DNA of 64,000 nucleotides from an uncultured Thermoleophilia bacterium (GTDB lineage Bacteria; Actinomycetota; Thermoleophilia; UBA2241): NCBI GenBank assembly GCA_963713475.1, contig CAVQLY010000016.1, positions 2,069 to 66,068 of the forward strand, read 5' to 3'. Shown piece by piece: positions 59,038 to 64,000 of this stretch (position 1 is its first letter; each line of letters starts with the position of its first letter). The notes under the pieces were generated by a model. It saw only the letters and a program-made list of their open reading frames with translations, ran no database searches and was not told where the DNA came from. The position numbers and the translations under genes were made by a program.

Positions 59038-59945
59038 TCGTCGCCCGGACCATCCCCGAGGCGCGGGCGGCCCTCCGCGCTCTCCCGCGCCCTCTCGGCT
59101 TCGTGCCGACCATGGGTGCCCTGCACGCCGGGCACCTCAGCCTCGTCGAGGCGGCGCGGGCGCGCTGCGCGAGCGTCGCCGCCTCCGTCTTCGTGAACCC
59201 GACCCAGTTCGGCCGCGGCGAGGACTTCGACACGTACCCGCGCGACGAGGCCCGCGACCTGCGCCTCCTCGAGGAGGCGGGCGTCGCGCTCGTCTTCGCG
59301 CCGACGGCCGACGACATGTATCCGGAGGGCTTCGCCACCAACGTCCACGTCGGCGGCGCGCTCACGGAGAGTCTCGAGGGCGCCTCGCGCTCGAGCCACT
59401 TCGACGGCGTCGCCGTCATCGTCACCAAGCTGCTCGGCATCGTGCGGCCCGACGTGCTGTTCCTCGGCGAGAAGGACGCGCAGCAGCTCGCCGTCGTGCG
59501 CCGTCTCGTGCGCGACCTCGACCTGGACGTCGACGTGGCCGGCGTGCCGACGCTGCGCGAGCCGGACGGCCTGGCCATGAGCTCGCGCAACGTCTACCTC
59601 ACGCCGGAGCAACGCGCGACGGCGCCGGACCTCTACCGCGCGCTGCTCGCCGGCGTCGCGGCCGCCGGCGAGCCGGGCGCCGCCGCCAAGGACGTCGTCG
59701 TGGCGGCCACCAGCGCCCTCCTCCTGCCGGACGGGGCGCTCGATCCCGACGCGATCGACGAGGCGCTCGCGCGTCCGCGCTTCGAGCTCGACTACCTGGC
59801 CGTGGTCGACGAGGAGACCTTCATCCCCGAGGGCGAGCTCGGACCGCGATCCCGCCTCGTCGTCGCTGCCCGCCTCGGCTCCACCAGACTCATCGACACC
59901 ATCTCCGTAGCCAGCGCGTACCCCGCCAAGGACGCGACCGCATGA
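59034..59945 (+). CDS. panC: pantoate--beta-alanine ligase
   Basis: The protein shows GFVPTMGALHAGHLSL...VFVNPTQF...FDGVAVIVTKLL....LFLGEKDAQQ...MSSRN. Confidence 0.93.
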   Translation: MIVARTIPEARAALRALPRPLGFVPTMGALHAGHLSLVEAARARCASVAASVFVNPTQFGRGEDFDTYPRDEARDLRLLEEAGVALVFAPTADDMYPEGFATNVHVGGALTESLEGASRSSHFDGVAVIVTKLLGIVRPDVLFLGEKDAQQLAVVRRLVRDLDLDVDVAGVPTLREPDGLAMSSRNVYLTPEQRATAPDLYRALLAGVAAAGEPGAAAKDVVVAATSALLLPDGALDPDAIDEALARPRFELDYLAVVDEETFIPEGELGPRSRLVVAARLGSTRLIDTISVASAYPAKDATA

Positions 59946-60433
59946 AAGGAAGGACCACCATGGCGACCGTTTTCGTCAACGGCAAACAGCAGGAACACGT
60001 GCGCGAGGGCCTCGTGCGCGTCATCACCGGCTCCATCGAGTTCCCCAGCAACGGGGACGCCGACATGATCAAGATCACCGACGAGGTCAAGGATGCAGTG
60101 CGCCAGACCGGCCTCACGGACGGCACCGTCACCCTGTTCGTCCCCGGCGCCACCGGCGCGCTGACGACGCTCGAGTTCGAGCCCGGCGTGGTGGAGGACG
60201 TGCAGACGGCGCTCGACGTCGTCGCGCCGGCCGACCGCTTCTACCAGCACAACGTGAACCTCGGCGACGGCAACGGCCACTCGCACGTGCGCGCGGGCCT
60301 CGTCGGGCCGTCGCTGGTCGTCCCGTTCGTCGACGGCCACCTCACGCTCGGCATCTACCAGAACATCGTTTTCTGCGACTTCGACGCGCGCCCGCGCGAG
60401 CGCAGCATCGTGGTGCAGGTGATGGGCGTATGA
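59942..60433 (+). CDS. YjbQ/UPF0047 family protein (secondary thiamine-phosphate synthase family)
   Basis: ATG 59942 overlaps the panC stop (ATGA). The protein shows ...MIKITDEVKDAV...GTVTLFVPGATGALTT.E.E.GV..D......GHSHVRAGLVGPSL.VP...G.L.LG.YQ. Confidence 0.75.
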   Translation: MKGRTTMATVFVNGKQQEHVREGLVRVITGSIEFPSNGDADMIKITDEVKDAVRQTGLTDGTVTLFVPGATGALTTLEFEPGVVEDVQTALDVVAPADRFYQHNVNLGDGNGHSHVRAGLVGPSLVVPFVDGHLTLGIYQNIVFCDFDARPRERSIVVQVMGV

Positions 60434-60539
60434 CCGCCGCCGCCGATGTCCGGGCGGCGCACCCGCCGCCGACTGCGACCAGAGCAGGGAGCGCCCGCTC
60501 GTCCAGGTCGCGCTCGACTTCGTCGACCTGCCGCGAGCC

Positions 60540-61778
60540 ATGGAGGTCGCCCGCGAGGCCGTCGCCGGCGGCGCCGACTGGATCGAGGCAGGCACGCCGC
60601 TCATCAAGGCCGAGGGCCTGGACGCCGTCAGGGCCCTGAAGGCCGAGTTCCCCGAGAAGACCATCGTCGCCGACATGAAGACGATGGACGCCGGCCGTAC
60701 CGAGGTCGAGTACGCGGCCAAGGCCGGCGCCGGCGTGGTCGGCGTGCTCGGCGCCGCGTCCGACAGCACCATCCACGAGTGCGTCGAGGCGGCGCGCAAC
60801 TACGGCTGCAAGCTCATCGTCGACATGATCGAGGTCGCCGACCCCGTGGCGCGCGCGCAGCGCGCGCAGGAGCTCGGCGCCGACTACATCGGCATCCACA
60901 CGGCCATCGACCAGCAGATGCGCGGCGAGGCGCCGTTCGAGACGCTGCAGGCCGTCGCCGAGGCGGTCGTCATCCCCGTCTCGGTGGCCGGCGGCATCAA
61001 CAGCGAGACGGCCGCCGCGGCCGTGGACGCCGGCGCCGGCATCGTCGTCGTCGGCGGCGCGATCATCAAGTCGGCCGACGCGGCGGCGGCCACGGCCGAG
61101 ATCCGCCGCGCCGTGGACGAGCGCGTCTGCATCGAGACCACGCTGTACAAGCGCGCCGGCGCGGCCGACATCCGCACCGTGCTCGAGCAGGTCTCCACCG
61201 CCAACGTCAGCGACGCCTGGCACCGGCAGCCGAGCCTGCCGGGCATCAAGCCGCTGCTGCCGGGCGCGCACATGTGCGGCCCGGCCGTCACCGTCCGCAC
61301 CTACGCCGGCGACTGGGCCAAGCCCGTCGAGGCGATCGACGTGTGCAAGCCCGGCGACGTGCTCGTCGTCGACGCCTGCGACGCGACCCCGGCCATGTGG
61401 GGCGAACTGGCCACGCACAGCGCCATGGTGAAGGGCCTGGCCGGGCTGGTCGTCTGGGGCGCGATCCGCGACACGCCGGAGATCGCGCGCCTCGGCTTCG
61501 CCGCCTTCAGCAGCAAGGTCTGCGCCAACGCCGGCGAGCCCAAGGGCTTCGGCGAGATCAACGTGCCCATCGTCATCGCCGGGCAGACGGTGCTTCCCGG
61601 CGACTGGATCGTCGGCGACGACGACGGCGTGATGGTCCTCCCCAGGGAGCAGGCCGTGGAGCTCGCCAACCGCGCCATGGACGTGCTCGAGAAGGAGAAC
61701 CGCATGCGCGGCGAGATCGACGCCGGCAAGACGCTCGCCGAGGTCGCCTACCTGCAGAAGTGGGAGAAGGCGCGCTAG
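60540..61778 (+). CDS. fusion of 3-hexulose-6-phosphate synthase/OMPDC-like barrel with an RraA-like (class II aldolase/decarboxylase fold) domain; 5' end unresolved
   Basis: The N half reads ..DWIEAGTPLIKAEG...VADMKTMDAG...IGIHTAID...VAGGI. The C half reads ...VSDAW....LPGIKPL..G..M.GPAVTV....GDW.....ID...PGDVLVVD......A.WGEL....A...GLAGLVVWGAIRD. The conserved first strand PLVQVALDFVDL is encoded in frame upstream (60495-60530) but has no start codon. Confidence 0.75.
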   Translation: MEVAREAVAGGADWIEAGTPLIKAEGLDAVRALKAEFPEKTIVADMKTMDAGRTEVEYAAKAGAGVVGVLGAASDSTIHECVEAARNYGCKLIVDMIEVADPVARAQRAQELGADYIGIHTAIDQQMRGEAPFETLQAVAEAVVIPVSVAGGINSETAAAAVDAGAGIVVVGGAIIKSADAAAATAEIRRAVDERVCIETTLYKRAGAADIRTVLEQVSTANVSDAWHRQPSLPGIKPLLPGAHMCGPAVTVRTYAGDWAKPVEAIDVCKPGDVLVVDACDATPAMWGELATHSAMVKGLAGLVVWGAIRDTPEIARLGFAAFSSKVCANAGEPKGFGEINVPIVIAGQTVLPGDWIVGDDDGVMVLPREQAVELANRAMDVLEKENRMRGEIDAGKTLAEVAYLQKWEKAR

Positions 61779-61803
61779 GCGAGACTCTTGAGCGCGCTTG
61801 GAG

Positions 61804-64000
61804 TCAGGCGACAGGCCCGGCGCTGCCCTGCAGCACGGCGTCGACCTCCGCAAGCGCAGGCACGGCGCCGATACGCCGGAAGACCTCGGCCGCCCGCGTG
61901 AGTGCGGGCGCCGCCTCGCACGCTCGCCCGAGCGCGGTCAGGCAGCGCCCGCACCCCAGCAGGGCCTGGGCCTCCTCGTAGGGCACTCCGAAGTCGCGCC
62001 AAGCGGCGGCGGCCGTCGCCCCGTCCGCCGCCGCCCGTTCAAAGCATCCACGGGCCTCGTCCAGTCGCGCGTGCGCGCTTGCCAGCGCGTGCTCGTGCAG
62101 CGGCAGGCTCGACTGGACCCCCCGCAGGAGGCCTTCCGCCAGACGCTCGTCGCCCAGGCGGAGCGCCACGCGCACCGACTCGGGCAGCCGGCAGACGAAG
62201 TCCGAACAGCCCTTGACGTTCGGCACCGCCTCGCAGGCGGCGAGGAGGTCGCGGGCCTCCGCGGCGGCGCCGCACGCCGCCCGGACCGCCGCCGCCGGCA
62301 CCAGGCCCACCGCCGCGAGCACCGGCTGGTCCGTTTCCGCGATCCGCCCGGCGAGCGCGTCGGCCAGCGCGGCGGCCGCGGCCAGGTCGCCGGTCCAGGC
62401 GCGGAGCAGCGCCTCCTGTCCCAAGGCGAGCACGAGATCGAACTCGTTCGCCTCTTCCTCCAGCTCGGACACCATCCTGCAGGCCTCGGCCAGCGCTTCC
62501 TCCCACTCCCCGGTCCAGAGCAGATCGTCGAGCACCTGCATGTGAAAGGCGCGGACGAGGAAGCCCATGCTGCGACGACGCGCGGACTCGAGCCCCGCGC
62601 GATGGATCGCCAGCGCCGCCGCGGGACCCTCCAGCCCGAACACCGACACACCGAGATTGCACGCGATGTTGGCCGCCTCCATGGCGAGTCCCCGAGCCTC
62701 CGCGGCGGCCAGCGCCCGCCGGCAATCGTCGAGGCCGCCGGCGTCACCGAGGTCACAGCGGGCGCCGCCGCGGAACGCGAGTGCCTCCACCGATTCGGGG
62801 ATGCCGAGCCGGCTCGACACCTCGAGGGCCCGCTCGGCAGCGCGCAGCGTCCCACGGTGGTCCTCGGCCACCGCGCAGTCGCCGGCCTGCCCCACGAGGA
62901 CGAAGACGAGCTCCGGGCTCGGCTCGTCGCCGTCGAGCATCTCGACCGCGGCATCGGCCACGCCTTCGTGCCGCGGGTCGTCCAGGTGGAGCAGCGGGAC
63001 GGACCAGGTCCGCAGGGCGGCCGCGGCCGCGCGGACGTCGCCGGCGGCCTTGAAGCCGTCCACCGCCTCTTCGAGCGCCTCGCTGGCCTCAGCAAGCCGG
63101 CGGGTCATGAGCAGGGCTCGTCCCCAGCGCACCAGGAGTCGGGAGCGCTCGAGACCAGAATCGGGGAGCAGCGCCAGAGCGCGCGCATAGTGACGCTCCG
63201 CGGCCGCGACATCGAGCGCCATGGCGCGGTCTCCGGCAAGCGACGAGAAGCGCACGACGTCGGCGGGCAGCGCAGCCATCAGGTCGCGTTCGCCGGCCGC
63301 GCGCGCCAGCTCCAGCGCGGCGGAGTAGTGGTGCGCGAGGATCTCCGCGAGATCGTCCGGCCGGCGACCGGCGGCGCCCTCCAGCCACGCCGCTGCGGCG
63401 GCGTGCCGGCGCGCGCGCGTGCCCCGCGGCAGCTGCCCGTAGGCCACGTCGCATGTGAGCGCATGCCAGAACGAGAACTCGGGTTCACCCTCGACCGACG
63501 ATGGGTGCACCCTCCGGACGAGCCGCCGCTCCACGAGCTCGTCCAGACGCCGATCGACGCCGTCGCGCTCGAAGCCGCCAAGAGCGGCCACCGCGCCCGG
63601 CCAGAAGGTGCGCCCGACGACGGCCGCGTCGGCCAGCACCGCTTTGCTCTCGGGGACCAGTGTGTCGAGCCGCGCGGCGATGAGCGCCTGGAGGGAGCTC
63701 GTCGCCGGCAGCCCCGCGCCGGATGCGAGGCTGAGCACGCCGGCGTCTCTGACGAGCTGCCCCCGTTCGTCGAGCAGACGCACGTACTCCTCGGCGAAGA
63801 GCGGAGTGCCGCCGCACCGCTCGAGCAATTCGTCGCGTACGGCCGGCGGCAATTCCGGCACGCCGGCGAGCTCGGCGAGCAGTTGCTCCGCCTCGAGGGC
63901 GCCAAACTCCCCGAGGCGGATGACGCGATCGAACCCGCCGCCGTCCATGCCCGAGGCGGAACGCTCGAACAACGCCGGTCGCGCAGTGGCGATGAGCAGC
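61804..64000 (-). CDS. large STAND/AAA_16-type ATPase with C-terminal TPR-like repeats (5' end outside window)
   Basis: The ORF is open to the window edge. ...GGTPLFAEEYVRLL...ARLDTLVPESKAVLADAAVVGRTFW...FWHALTCDVAYG is the helical arm typical of MalT-like or cyclase-associated actinobacterial regulators. Ala/Leu-rich repeats follow. Confidence 0.6.
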   Translation of the reverse strand, partial: LLIATARPALFERSASGMDGGGFDRVIRLGEFGALEAEQLLAELAGVPELPPAVRDELLERCGGTPLFAEEYVRLLDERGQLVRDAGVLSLASGAGLPATSSLQALIAARLDTLVPESKAVLADAAVVGRTFWPGAVAALGGFERDGVDRRLDELVERRLVRRVHPSSVEGEPEFSFWHALTCDVAYGQLPRGTRARRHAAAAAWLEGAAGRRPDDLAEILAHHYSAALELARAAGERDLMAALPADVVRFSSLAGDRAMALDVAAAERHYARALALLPDSGLERSRLLVRWGRALLMTRRLAEASEALEEAVDGFKAAGDVRAAAAALRTWSVPLLHLDDPRHEGVADAAVEMLDGDEPSPELVFVLVGQAGDCAVAEDHRGTLRAAERALEVSSRLGIPESVEALAFRGGARCDLGDAGGLDDCRRALAAAEARGLAMEAANIACNLGVSVFGLEGPAAALAIHRAGLESARRRSMGFLVRAFHMQVLDDLLWTGEWEEALAEACRMVSELEEEANEFDLVLALGQEALLRAWTGDLAAAAALADALAGRIAETDQPVLAAVGLVPAAAVRAACGAAAEARDLLAACEAVPNVKGCSDFVCRLPESVRVALRLGDERLAEGLLRGVQSSLPLHEHALASAHARLDEARGCFERAAADGATAAAAWRDFGVPYEEAQALLGCGRCLTALGRACEAAPALTRAAEVFRRIGAVPALAEVDAVLQGSAGPVA

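Overview
High-GC bacterial chromosome segment. Third codon positions are almost all G/C, and the gene order resembles Actinomycetota (tilS-hpt-ftsH-folE-folP-folB-folK, coaX, lysS, panC, groES-groEL with a CIRCE operator, tsaE-tsaB-rimI-tsaD). I call about 57 protein genes, one initiator tRNA-Met, a CIRCE operator and several hairpin terminators. No CRISPR array, IS element or transposase, prophage gene or rRNA was seen. Many long opposite-strand or alternate-frame ORFs in the track are GC-driven shadows and were discarded. Start codons were re-picked by eye; the track translates GTG and TTG starts as M. ATGA/GTGA stop-start overlaps are very common here and served as a gene-calling prior. Two accessory regions stand out. 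(1) 22.3-37.1 kb is a same-strand cluster. It joins a non-pyrrolysine MttB-type methyltransferase and an AcsE/MtgA-like methyl-THF methyltransferase to an Opp/Dpp-type peptide importer, three unusual amidohydrolases (DmpA/S58, C45 Ntn, D-aminoacylase) and a PucR regulator. No corrinoid protein is visible, and I do not recognise this as a described pathway. (2) 42.0-47.3 kb holds three tandem Rv1900c/LipJ-like alpha/beta-hydrolase-class III cyclase fusions around a stand-alone tandem cNMP-binding protein. The purine-specifying residue differs between the three copies (K/G/D), and the hydrolase nucleophile appears to be lost in all three. Other notable points: three conserved genes (dus, tsaB, the HPS-RraA fusion) each show a frame problem consistent with one missing base. 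A family-4 UDG carries a roughly 120-aa Pro/Ala tail ending in a clamp-binding-like QLGLF. Two family-5 SBPs have C-terminal TM anchors. Every call rests on by-eye motif recognition; nothing was searched or computed.
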